The notes under the pieces: generated by a model
The model's input: only the letters and a program-made list of their open reading frames with translations
The model's database searches: none
What the model was told of the DNA's origin: nothing
Assembly: GCA_051313645.2 (NCBI GenBank)
Contig: JBNRSN020000010.1
Location: 73,160,001-73,224,000 of the forward strand
Length of the DNA: 64,000 bases
Reading direction: 5' to 3'
From: Centroscyllium fabricii
Taxonomy: Eukaryota
Shown: in pieces, positions 49,369-60,900 of the stretch
Layout of the letters: each line of letters begins with the position of its first letter
Numbering within the stretch: position 1 is the first letter of the stretch
Program-made: the position numbers and the translations under genes

Positions 49369-51281
49369 AAGGATACTAAAATAGCTGATCGAGAACTATG
49401 GGACTTGTCGCAAGAAAACAAGGATAGAGAGGTGGTAAGGCAATGGAGAGAGGAGAAATGGGGAAGAGCAGAGGACAGGAAAAAGATTAAAGAATTAAAA
49501 GAGTGGCAGCCTTGTCTGTCAGAACTTACGAGGAGGAATTCGACAGTGACGATAACAAGGATGATCCAGTCCTAACGGCACCCCCACCGTTCAGAAGACC
49601 ACTGAAGGTGGAGGTTTCTGATACAGAGCAGGGAGGAAGTGATACTTCTCTTATCAGTAGTAATGTAGGGGGTGTCACGGATTATATCTGGTCCAGAACT
49701 GGTGGTAGTACGGGGGTCTGTTAAAATGGCCCCATTAGTGACCAAACAGGTTAAACAGTATATGAATATTAAATTAGAGAAGTAAATAAGGACCCAAAGA
49801 CATGCAGGTTAGGTGAATTGGAGATACTAAAAATTGCCCATGAGTATGTGTGTGAGATATAGTTCTTAGAGTTGGGGGTGTCGGGGGATATGGGAAGAGG
49901 GTAGGAGGGGGGTGCTGGGTTTTGATGATCAGCCATGATCTCATCAGAAATGGCGGAGCAGGCACGAAGGGCCAAATGGCCTACTCCTGCTCCTATTTTC
50001 TGTGATCTGACCCTTTTAGAATCATGCCAACTCAGTGGCCAATTGCCTAAATATGAGGGAATGGGAGACCTAACTCAGTTATTGAAGTACGATTGCTATG
50101 CCTTGACATACAAGGATGCTTGTTGACTGCTGCAGGCTGTCTTACCTCCAAGAGTGACATTGCCTGATGAGTTTGTACTGGGGGAAGAGAGTCAATTCTC
50201 AGACCATGAAGACCATAGTGTGTGAGGCAGTGAGATATAGGGTAGTGGCGGATATCGGAAAGATTATGGACTATAAACCCAATCCAGTATTTGAAGGACT
50301 TTGTGGAAGTGTATAATCAGAACCGTGGACCCTGTGGTGATCGAGTAGAATTATCCGAGGACGATTCTACTTTTTGGAGTTTAGTGATTAATAAGTACAA
50401 GACCCGAGTAAATCCTGCTTGTGAGCATCTAGTTCATCAATATGCCACCGAACTGAGGGTGACGAAGTTGCAAGAAGGAATAAGGAGGGATATTCAGACA
50501 GCCCTTCAAGCCTGGCATGAATCCCCACTCGAGCATAAAACCCCGACAATTCCAGAAACTAAAAGAAGCAGCACCAGTTGCGACTAATGAAGAGGTAAAA
50601 GGAGGGTGACCTTGCTTTAACTGGGAAACAGTGACACTTTGCCAAGGAGTGTCATACACAAAACAACTGTGGCAAGTCAGGACATACTAAAGGACAATGT
50701 TGGTCTGAGGGAGGAGGAGCTCACGGGCAGTGACCCAAACAGAAAGGAGGACAGAGAGTCTCAGTTCAGCCCCTTCTGGACGAACAGAATGTTGACTTGG
50801 AAGCAATTTGGGCCTTACAGAAATTGGGGGAGAGAAAGAATCAGAGTAAAAACACAAACCCAAATCCTTTTAAAAAGGATTGACGGGGACAAGCCTCAGT
50901 AGCTGCGGTGAGTCAGCTTCAATATGATGAGCAGGGCAGACCTTGTGTCTCAGTCTTGATAAGAGGTCACTGAGAATTTTCTAGTGGACATGGGGGCATC
51001 CTGTTCCATCAGTCACCGTGAAGATTTCCCCTCTAGTGGGCATTGCCTTCAGTTATTGGGAGGAGGCTTCTCGGCAGAGATGACCGTTCCCCTTCAATTA
51101 CAAATTGGTAGCATTAAGTTTGAAATATCATTGTGTATGGCCTCCACACATGAAAGGTCAAGTTTAGGGTCAGGTGGGATTGCAAAAGGAAAATTGATTA
51201 TTGATGTTACAAACCATATGATTTGGCAGGGACCCGATCCACCCCATGATACGCATGGTGCCAACTGTAATACATGATGTA

Positions 51282-51575
51282 TCATAGAATCCCTACAGTG
51301 CAGATAGAGGCCATTTCGGCCCTTCGAGCCTGCACCGACACATATCCCACCCTATCCCCGTAACCACACATATCCAATCCCCATAACACTAAGGGTCAAT
51401 TTATCCTGGCCAAACAACCTAACCCGCACATCTTTGGACTGTGGGAGGAAACCGGAGCACCCGGAGGAAACCCACGCAGACACGGGGAGAATGTGCAAAC
51501 TCCACACAGATAGTCACCCGAGGCCGGATTTGAACCCAGACCCCTGGTGCTGTGAGGCAACAGTGCTAACCACAA
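51282..51575 (-). mobile_element. V-SINE (HE1-like)
   Basis: Same body and GTAGGGATTCTATGA tail as the copy at 14381-14691. Confidence 0.9.
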
Positions 51576-52327
51576 TGTTTAGTGCATACAGTAAAAGGGA
51601 TAGGGGTTTATGATGTTCACCTACAATTGCAGACATCCAATCAGTGTTTGGCAGACATCGTTTGGTAACATCATCAAGTATGGGCATAGCATGAGCATGC
51701 TTGTGGGAGAGTGATAAATATGGTGGTAGCAGTAGACGGTGTGGACCCTCCACCCCAGAAGCAGTACCCGGATGCAAAAGATGCGGAACAAGCAAGTGGG
51801 GACGTCATTAAGTCCCTATTAGGCCAGGGGATACTACGGGAATGTGTCTCCCGGAACAATGCACCCTGTAACAAAGCTCGTGGAGAGTGACTATTGATTG
51901 CCGTCGACTAGATAGGCATGCCCCGCCTGCCAGCCCGTTGGTAGCTAATCACCCTGATGTGATGTCCAGGTTACAGGGCGCTGCCACTGTCTATTCAACC
52001 TTGGACATTTAAAATGGATTCTGGAGCATTCCAGTGCATCCAGACAGTCAGTATGAATTTGCATTTACCTTCAGGGGAAAACAGTACACTTGGGTAGGGT
52101 TACCCCAGGGATTCCACAACTCGCCTACTTTGTTTCACCAGTGTATGACAGATGTATTGCGGTCATGTTCATGACCTGACGATGTGATTCACTATTTTGA
52201 TGATTTGAAGGAAGTCTTGAGCCTCTTAGAAGAGGCTGAATTTAAAATTAATCTGAATAAAGCTGCACTTGCGTAAAAAACTGTAACTTTTTTGAGTGTT
52301 AAAATTGAACAGGGAGGAAAACCCCCA

Positions 52328-52484
52328 CATCCAGCCAAGATGGCGCCGGAGAATGGCTGACGTCTTGCGGGCTCGTGCGTGCTGGGCAGCTTAATGTCCT
52401 TGTTTCGCGGTGCGTTTGGGTAGCAGTAAGCATTTCACTGTCTAGATTGTATTTAGTACATGTGACAATAAACTTGAACTTGAA
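52328..52484 (+). mobile_element. Minimal Rex1-type non-autonomous retroposon inserted into the ERV RT
   Basis: CAAGATGGCGCC head joined to a GCATTTCACTG...ATGTGACAATAAACTTGAACTTGAA tail like that of the Rex1 LINE at 20080-20140. Confidence 0.7.
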
Positions 52485-53122
52485 GATACGATTGGTAGCG
52501 GAACTACCAAGACCACACACAGTTATGGCTTTGCGGTCGTTCCTGGGTATTGTGAGATTTTGTAGGGAGTTTATTGAAGGATTCAGTGAGATAGCAGCCC
52601 CGTTGTATTGCCATCTCAAGGACAGCCCTGGTAAAGAGGACAACCTTGAGGATTGGGACTGGGAATCACATCAAGCATTCAAAATCAAGCATTCAAAAAT
52701 CTTAAAGAGGCACTCAGAGGAGCTCCAGCCTTGCAAAGCTCTGATCCCTCTCAGCCCTTCATTATGGAAGCTGCAGTTTCAGAGCAATGTATATCTGCCA
52801 TGGTAATGCAAGAAGTGGCCAGAAGGTGCATCCCAGTAGAATATTTCTCACGTACACTCACCCCTGTGGAGAGATCGTACGACCAATGTAGTAAGCAGAA
52901 CTTGGAGGTCTACTGGTTAGTCAAGCACATGGAATATTTGGTAGGATTTAATCAGTTAATCTTGCATATCCCTCATATCCCGGTGGTGTTAATAGTGAAG
53001 AGCCAGGTGAAAGGAGTGTCCCTGGCATGGTGGGGAAGATGGATCTTGGAATTGGGCAGTAAAAATATTACGGTCCGACATTCCCACACCTACCAATTGG
53101 CTCATATGTTGCAGTATGAGTA

Positions 53123-53234
53123 CATAAAAAATAGGAGCAGGAGTAGGCCAATCGGCCCCTCGAGCCTGCTCCACCATTCTACAAGATCATGGCTGATCTG
53201 ATCCTAATCTCAATTTCACTTTTACTCTCCATCC
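53123..53234 (-). mobile_element. CR1 3' tail
   Basis: Reverse complement of GGATGGAGAGTAAAAGTGAAATTGAGATTAGGATCAGATCAGCCATGATC...CCTACTCCTGCTCCTAT. Confidence 0.9.
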
Positions 53235-55957
53235 TGCACTCTTGGCCCACGCGGCAGCCCAATGCCGCTCCGGGGACCCCGATGCCTACGGCACGCTCCT
53301 GGCAGAGTTCCCCGCCCTTACCAACCCCACGTTCACCGCCCGCAAGGCCAAACACGGGGTGGAACATTTTATAATGACCACAGGTCCTCCAGTCCATGCC
53401 CACGCCCGCAGGCTCGACCCAGCCAAGCAGGAGATCGCGCTCACCGAGTTCCGCACTATGGAGCAACTCGGCATAATCCGCCGCTCCAACAGCCCCTGGG
53501 CCTCACCCCTCCACATAGCCCCCAAGCCCGACGGAGGCTGGCGCCCCTGCGGCGACTACCGCCGCCTTAACAACGCCACCACCCCGGATAAGTACCCCGT
53601 ACCCCACATCCAGGATTTTTCCGCCAGATTGGCAGGGTGTACGATCTTTTCCAAGATCGACCTGGTGCGTGGCTACCACCAGGTGCCCGTACACCCGGCG
53701 GACATTCCCAAAACGGCCGTAATTACCACCTTCGGGCTCTTCGAATTTCTGAGGATGCCCTTCGGCCTCAAAAACGCAGCCCAGGCCTTCCAGCGCCTCA
53801 TGGACTCAGTCCTCAGGGACTTGAAGTTCATATTCGTCTAATTAGACGACATCCTCGTGGCCAGCACCTCCCCCCAGGAACACCTCCTGCACCTCAGGAC
53901 CCTGTTCCAGCGCCTTACCGAGCATGGCCTTATCCTTAGCCCCACCAAATGTAAGTTCGGCCTCGGGACCATTGACTTCCTCGGCCACCGCATTTCGCCC
54001 ACAGGGGCCATTCCCCTGCCCTCCAAGGTACAGGCGGTACAGAAATTTCCCCGCCCGCATACCATTAAAGGGCTACAGGAATTTTTGGGGATGGTAAACT
54101 TCTATAACCGTTTCATCCCTGGAGCAGCCGCTCTCATGGCCCCATTATATCAGGCCACCCGCGGGCAGTCTAACAAGGCTGCGGTGGTGTGGACGGCCGA
54201 CGCCGCCACCGCCTTCACCGCAACTAAAACGGCCTTGGCTAACGCCACCCTCCCGTCCCACCCTGGGCCCAACGCCAGAGTAGCCCTTACCACCGACGCC
54301 TCCGACCACGCAGTCGGGGCCGTATTCGAACAGTGGACCGGCGACTCGTGGCAACCCCTGGCCTTTTTCAGCCGACAACTCCGGCCCCCAGAGGTAAAAT
54401 ACAGCGCCTTTGATAGGGAGCTACTTGCTCTCCATCTGGCGGTGCGACATTTTTGTTTCCTCCTGGAGGGCCGACACTTTACAGCCTTCAGCGACCACAA
54501 GCCACTCACGTTTGCGATGGCTAAGGTCGCTGAACCCTGGTCGGCCAGGCAGCAGCGCCAACTCGCGGCCGTGTCGGAATTTACAACCGACATTCAGCAT
54601 ATTTCCGGCCGCGACAACGTGGTCGCTGACTGCCTCTCACGCCCCACCATTAACGCCGCCCAAATGGCGGTTGATTACGCCCAGCTGGCCGTCGACCAGC
54701 TGGCCGACCCCGACCTACTCAACGCAGCAACTAAGCTCCCCGGCCTACACTTGGCCAAAATCGCGCACGGCCCCGCCGCCACCGTCGTATGCTGCGACGT
54801 TTCGTTACCGCAACCCAGGCCCGTCGTGCCCCACGCTTGGAGGCAACATATCTTTAAGACCCTCCAAGACCTGTCCCACCCCGGCACGCGCGCGTCCATT
54901 AAGCTTGTATCGGCCCATTTCGTATGGCGCGGCCTGCGCAAAGACGTCCACGCCTGGGCCAGCTCCTGCATAGCCTGCCAGCGCTCCAAAGTGCACAAGC
55001 ACATCAGGGCACCGCTGGAAAATTTTACGGTACCGGCCAGACGTTTTGACCACGTCCATATTGACCTCGTCGGGCCACTACCGCCATCTCGCGGTCACAC
55101 GCACCTATTGACCATGGTTGACCGCAACACTCGCTGGCCTGAAGCAGTTCCCCTCACCGCCACCGGCACCACGGACTTGGCCAGGGCATTTATCGCCACC
55201 TGGGTCGCCCGATTCGGCGTGCCCACAGACATCACCTCCGACAGAGGACCCCAGTTTACGTCGACGCTATGGGCGGCCATCGCCCGCGACCTCGGGGTGA
55301 CACTACACAGAACCACCGCATACCATCCACAGGCGAACGGCCTATGCGAACGGTTCCACCGCTCGATGAAGGCATCACTGCGGGCCACGCTGAAAGACGC
55401 ATCATGGACCGACCGCCTACCATGGGTCCTCCTCGGGCTGCGCTCGGCAGTCAAAGAAGACCTCAGCAGCAGAGCTCGTCTACGGCCAAGCTTTAACAGT
55501 GCCGGGCGAATTTCTGGCAGAGCCCAACGCGCCCTGGTCAGCAGACCAGTTTTTGAAAGACTGGGCAAATCCGGCACGAGCTTTCCAGCCACTACCAGTG
55601 GCCTGGCATGGAGAGCCGGCAGCTCGGGTGCCAGAGGACATTAAAAATGCCAAATGGGTGTTCATCCGGCGCGATGGACACCGATCTCCACTACAGCCAC
55701 CTTATGATGGCCCATACAGAGTGCTTCGGGCGGGAGCTAAAACTTTTGAATTACAATTGTGCAACAGAACTGAAACTGTAACGATAGACCGGCTCAAGCC
55801 GGCACATGTGACAGCGGGCGAGACCATGGTCCCCGCACAACCACCTCAACGCGGTCGCCCTCCCGCAACAAAACCCGCCCACACTCCAACGCAGAACCAG
55901 AGACTACTAGCAACACGGTCCGGCCGCATCATCCGGCCGCCCCAACGGCACACATAG
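53232..55957 (+). pseudogene. Gypsy element B pol (RT, RNase H, integrase)
   Basis: RT motifs with YLDD changed to *LDD (TAA at 53839-53841), RNase H TDAS, integrase HHCC and DDE (HIDLVGP, SDRG, ERFHR), a frameshift near 55465 and a GPY motif. Confidence 0.95.
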
Positions 55958-55999
55958 ACACTGTCACTATGCCTCCCGGACGGATTCTGGGGGGAGCTG

Positions 56000-56243
56000 T
56001 GTGGCGGTACGCCCACGGGGACATCGAATCCGCCACGGGGACTCCGCGGAGCAAAGCCCCGCTCATCCGGGTGACGCGACGACGTCATCACGTCGGCCGA
56101 CGCGATGACGTCACCAACCGCGGGACCGTTTAAATATGCCTGTCTCGAGTGGTTCACTCTCTTTCTTGTTTTGTACTAGTGATTGATGCTGTGTTTTTCT
56201 CTAGCTCTGGCTCACGTGTGGTTCCTAGGCCTACCACGCTACA
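56000..56243 (+). repeat. 3' LTR of Gypsy element B
   Basis: PPT GGGGGGAG before TGTGGCG...CGCTACA, followed by GAGA. Confidence 0.93.
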
Positions 56244-56419
56244 GAGAAGTATATTTTATTTTATTTATTTAAGAGAGTTTAAGTTAAAAATAAATTAAAT
56301 TTATTAATTTAAAAGTAGTTTGAAGAAAACCTGAAGTTGAATCCGGGTTTAAAAAGGGGCGGGACTTGGTGCAGCGTGCACGGAGTGCAGCGGGCATAGA
56401 GTGCTGGTGAGAGTTTGGT

Positions 56420-57448
56420 AAGTAGGCCGTAGGCGCAGAGGAAGTCTGCCCCGAGGAGGGGGGAAGTGACCTGGGCCGTTACAAAATCCCAGGTGTACGC
56501 GTGGCTTGCAAGGGTTATAGTTAGCTTGCGGGTGCCGTACGTTTTTATACTAGAGCCGTTGGCTGCCGCTAGTGGCGGGCCCCGGGTACCTCGTTTAGTT
56601 TCTGCAGGGGAGGCTGGCACAATACTGTGCTGCGCGCCTGTGTCGCAGAGGAACCTGGGGCCTGTACCGCTGTCTGTGGCGAAGAGCAGTGCACCTGTGT
56701 GGCCTACAGACATGGTGGGGGCTGAGTTGGGCCGTGGCTTGAACGCGCATGGCTGGACGCAGCGGTGCGCTTTGTGTTCGAACCGCGTGTAGTAATAGCA
56801 CCAGCCGGTGCTAGAGGGACGCGGTTGTCTGGGCGGGCGCGGGGCCCTAGGTTCAGGCGTAAAGTTGTGCATGGGGGGTGATTGGCTGCGCTCTACCGAT
56901 GCGGAGTTAGGGTCGCACGTGGTTGAGCGGGTGCGCTGGGCCTCCATGAGCCTGTCGGCCTCCTCTCCGAGTTCGTCATCGCTCCGGTGGCCAAGGGCCG
57001 CCAAGGCCGGTCTGATGGCGCGGGGCAGTTTGAGGAGGAAGACGGTGCGGAAGAGGGAGGCCGGGTTGGGTGTGAGCGCTTGCATCTGACCTAAGAGGTC
57101 CGATGGGTCTGCGTCCCTGAGTTCGGGGAGGTCGAGGAGCTGGCAGTTGCGCTCGAATTGGGAGGGGGTAAATTTCTTGATGAGCGCGGCCTTGAGCGTT
57201 TCATACCTGCCTGCGCTGGGCACACGCTGGATTTTTGACCACATCCGATCAATCGTCGTCTGTGGTAGGGCTGTGAACACCAGGTCGTAGCGGTCGTCCC
57301 CTTGGATGCCATGTGTGCGGCAGCTGGCCTCAATACAGGTGAACCAGGCCGCTGGCCGTTGCTCCCAGAACTCGGGTAGGGTCAATCCACGCCCGGCGTT
57401 CTGTCCCGCTCCTTGCGTTCGTGGAGCTTGGTTTCTTGGGTTAACCAT
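56420..57448 (-). CDS. Gypsy element B gag-protease (CsRn1-like), truncated by the inversion breakpoint
   Basis: LTLPEFWEQRPAAWF gag start, CYY(Y)...C...C variant of the CHCC motif, protease LCDTGA and LLGADFL. Confidence 0.9.
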
Positions 57449-57535
57449 GTTTTCTGTTAAAAGTCTTTGGCTGGTGGTCCCAGATCTTGCGGCAGCTTAT
57501 CTTCTCTGGAAGTCGTTCCAGTTCGGGGTCACCAC

Positions 57536-57780
57536 TGTAGCGCCGGCAGGCCTAGGAACCACACGTGAGCCAGAGCTAGAGAAAAACACAGCTTTAATCA
57601 CTAGTACAAAACAAGAAAGAGAGTGAACCACTCGAGACAGGCATATTTAAACGGTCCTGCGGTTGGTGACGTCATCGCGTCGGCCGACGTGATGACGTCG
57701 TCGCATCACCCGGATGAGCGGGGCTTTGCTCCACGGAGTCCCCATGGCGGATTCGATGTCCCCGTGGGCGTACCGCCACA
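57536..57780 (-). repeat. 5' LTR of Gypsy element B with tRNA-Trp PBS (57521-57534)
   Basis: Inverted copy of 56000-56243 with about 8-9 differences. Preceded on the minus strand by GAGA and followed by TGGTGACCCCGAAC. Confidence 0.93.
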
Positions 57781-58020
57781 TCTCCAACCTTTTACAGATT
57801 CACCACTTTCTGAACTCACTCCCAGCTCACAGCACTTTTCATACAAGTCCCACCCCTTTTAAAAGCCGGATTCAACTTCCGGTTTTCTTCAAACTACTTT
57901 TAAATTAATAAATTTAATTTATTTTTAACTTAAACTCTCTTAAATAAATAAATAAAATATACTTCTCCAACCTTTCACAGATTCACCACTTTCTGAACTC
58001 ACTCCCAGCTCACAGCACTT
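57781..58020 (-). repeat. Tandemly repeated ~185-bp unit, probable CR1 5' UTR
   Basis: AAGTGCTGTGAGCTGGGAGTGAGTTCAGAAAGTGGTGAATCTGT...GAGAAGTATATTTTATT... repeated. The continuation lies inverted at 56244-56420. Confidence 0.65.
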
Positions 58021-58154
58021 GAGGGAGCCTGTAAAGTGCAAGAGGTCATATCTAGTGAACCTATTAAAACCATACCACTGGTGGGCTCCACTAGTGTTTA
58101 CGTGAATGGTTCCAGGTTTTATGAACAGGGACAATACCTGTAAAGAGGGTGGCC

Positions 58155-60301
58155 TGTGGGGGTCAGCTTTGCCTCTGACTTCATTGAGTGGTTCAAATCG
58201 CTCCCACACCCCTAAGGTTCTAGACACTGGACTTAGGTGCAGGTTTGCAATACGCAAAATGGAATAGACAACAGGTTCAGTGCAAGAAAACTGCTTTTAT
58301 TAAAAATCATCACAATCAAACTTCATAACGGAGAGTAAATCATGTCAAATTAACTTACAGGACTAAACTCATAAACAAGGTACAATAACTAGGCATGGGG
58401 AACATATGGTGCAATGAGGGAAAAATCACAGTTAACTTTACTCCCCTTTAACCTGGTCCCACCCCGACTACCTAGCTAGATTTGGCTATGAGAAGATTAG
58501 ATATTTGTTTATTTGTCACATTCCATATACACAGTCAGCATAGATGGTAGCGAAATACCGTTTCTCCATAAGATCAGATGTAAAGCACAACATAAAAGGA
58601 CACATTAGAAAACATAAAAACATTTAAAACATAGAGAGCAGCATTAAAAGTGCTATTACTTGATTTTAAAAATGCTGGTGTTAAAGTGCTATATGTCTCT
58701 TATCCCCTGGTATCGGTGAGGGGGAATGGAGGGCAACGCTGGGAGCGTGTTCAATGTTCTGATAGCTTGGGGGAAGAAGCTGTTACACAGTCTGGTGGAT
58801 CTTGCCCGGATGCTCCGTAGCCTCTTTCCCGATGGTAGGGGTGCAAAGAGGTGATGGGAGGGATCTGCCATTATGTTGGTGGCCTTCCTGATGCAGCGGT
58901 CCGGGTAGATGTCAGCAAGGAGGGGGAGAGAGACACCTATGATTTTTTCTGCTGCTCTCACTATCCTCTGTAGGGACTTTCGGTCAACGGCTGTACAGTT
59001 CCCATACCAGAGTGTGATGCAGTATGTGAGGATGCTCTCAATAGTCCCTCTGTAGAATGTCGTCATGATGGATGTGGTTGAGTTCACTTTTCTCAGTCTT
59101 CGCAGGAAGTACAGCCGTTGTTGGGCTTTCTTGGTGAGGGCTGTGGTGTTGATTGACCAGTTCAGGTTGTCAGCAATGTGCACCCCCAGGAACTTGGTGC
59201 TGCCGACTCTTTCGACAGCAGTCCCGTTGATGGTCAATGGGGCGTGCACCCTGCGGCCTTTTCTGAAGTCAATGACCATCTCCTTCGTCTTCTCCACATT
59301 CAAGAAGCCCAGGGATTCATGCTCACCAAGCCAAAATTCTGCCACTGCAGTTGTGAGTTTGCTGCTTCTTGTCCCTAGGGGTCTGCCGCTGTCATGCGGT
59401 CGCTCTCCCTCAGGAACTGCACAATACCTGTTGCTGATCAATTTTCCTTTGCTGCTCTGCTCAGAGAGAGTACTGTCTTTTACCCAGCCCTTCAAATTAT
59501 GTACAGGGACTTCGGGTTTCATTCTCTGACTGCACGTCCTGCTGCCCAGATGCTTCGCCAACTTCTTGTTGCGTTCTTCCTCCTTGTCTTCCGAATCTCC
59601 TGTCTTTGCCTGCATTTGGTTCAGATAATTATACCAGTTCTGCATTCGTTTATCTACCCGCCAAATCAAACAAAAACTATTGTCCAGGTTTTGGCGAGCT
59701 TGCAAAAATGATTATGGCCATTGATCTTAACGAGTTTCTGGATGGTGGTCATCTCCCTTAATGGCCCTGTCATTTTGGGCGCTTTGTTCTGGGAGGTGTC
59801 AACTGCCCAGTATCTTTGTTTGAATTGTTTTGAAGTTTGAAAGTTTTAGTTGTGCAAAAGGGTCTAGTTACTGGTTTCTGCCTCAACGGCCAAGTTAATG
59901 AGGGGTGCTCATTTATGCACCAGCCTCAATCGTTATCAAGTTTGTGAGATCGCATCATCTCCGGATCCTGTCTGTTTGGAAGTGTATTGGGCTCCCTGCT
60001 GGCTGGCTGGTATGCAAGACTGGCTTTCTGGTTTCAGGTATGTCACATTCCATGCCCCTTGACCTTGGCCATGGGCCTAATGTCTGTTTTAAAACTCACA
60101 ACCTTTTGCTGGAAGCCCTTTTCTTCGTACGGTTTTTATTATTAATAACTGCGAAGAGTGTGGGAATTTTGCGAATCTTACTCGGCTCCCTCTGATACTG
60201 AACTTTACTTCAAGTATCACTCTGGTGCCTGGTAAACAAAATTCCTGCCCTCATAGCCAGTCTTCCCCTGTAATTACCTATAAAGTCCTATGGCACATAC
60301 A
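58155..60301 (-). repeat. Long 3' LTR (~1.33 kb after removing the Rex1 insert) of a second ERV
   Basis: Minus strand: TTTTTAAAGGAATAGGAAA (U-tract plus PPT) then TGT at 60301, TATA-like GGTATAAT ~59630, AATAAA ~58296-58301 and end ...CCCACA at 58155, where the first ERV's pol resumes on the other side. Confidence 0.7.
58496..59302 (-). mobile_element. Rex1/Babar LINE 3' fragment with 5-bp TSD (AGAAG)
   Basis: LNVEKTKEMVIDFRK, KFLGVHI, KAQQRLYFLRRL, IESILTYCIT.WYGN, SFFPQAIR and tail TGTGACAAATAAAC. Confidence 0.92.
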
Positions 60302-60900
60302 TTTCCTATTCCTTTAAAAATGCGGTGTTCATAAGAACCATAGGCATACTACAGTCCTGCTTACACATCATCCAAGCGTGGAGGGGTTCCAACGCCCCGA
60401 CACTACTTGGTATACATACATTTTATTCTTAACACATAGTCAAACTTTATTAGCGAAAAACGAAACACACAAAAAAACAACAGTCTTTATTAAAACCAAA
60501 AAACTCAAACTGGTGAATCCTTCTCCACCTGCATGTAATGCTTTTTCCAGATCCTCTGCTTCTGGAATGCTAGGGTCCTGCCTTCCCCTTGCACTGAGTG
60601 CATAACAGATATAAGACTATACCCATCTGGAAAACCACGAGGATGTGGGAAACTAGCCTAATCCAAGAAGGGACTTCAATATTCTCAAAGATGTCCCACC
60701 AAGGTGGAATCACAATATCCAAAATCTGGGCCCCTATGTCAACGGTTTTCTGCTCTAGTGTGCAAAAGTGTTTTTGTGATACCACTACTGCCTTTAATAA
60801 TTTTGTCAGGTGCTCGGGTAGAGGAAGAATTGCATATCTGAAATGTGCTACATATTTCTGTAGATTTGTGAAGTTTTCCTTTACAGTGAGGTGAACAGTG

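Larger units (their letters stand above)
49369..58154 (+). mobile_element. Decayed endogenous retrovirus (class III/spuma-related type): gag-protease-RT-tether-RNase H, interrupted by several insertions
   Basis: Zinc-knuckle remnant PCFN..G...HFAKEC (~50610-50653), protease FLVDMGAS (~50978), RT LDI*NGFWSIP / LPQGFHNSPTLF / YFDD (52000-52205), tether PFIMEAAVS..PVEYFSRTL..RWILEL (52750-53050) and second RNase H VYVNGS (~58095-58112). Confidence 0.85.

Noticed and set aside
56000-57780. Inverted LTRs suggesting a DIRS-type element or a large TIR transposon
   Set aside because: DDE integrase, PBS, PPT and the matching GAGA TSD show an ordinary Gypsy element rearranged after insertion. No tyrosine recombinase.
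58689-59705. 338-aa ORF that looks like a novel N-terminus fused to an RT C-terminal domain, or a viral accessory gene
   Set aside because: Chance in-frame fusion of LTR sequence (non-ATG start) with a 5'-truncated Rex1 insertion bounded by a 5-bp TSD.
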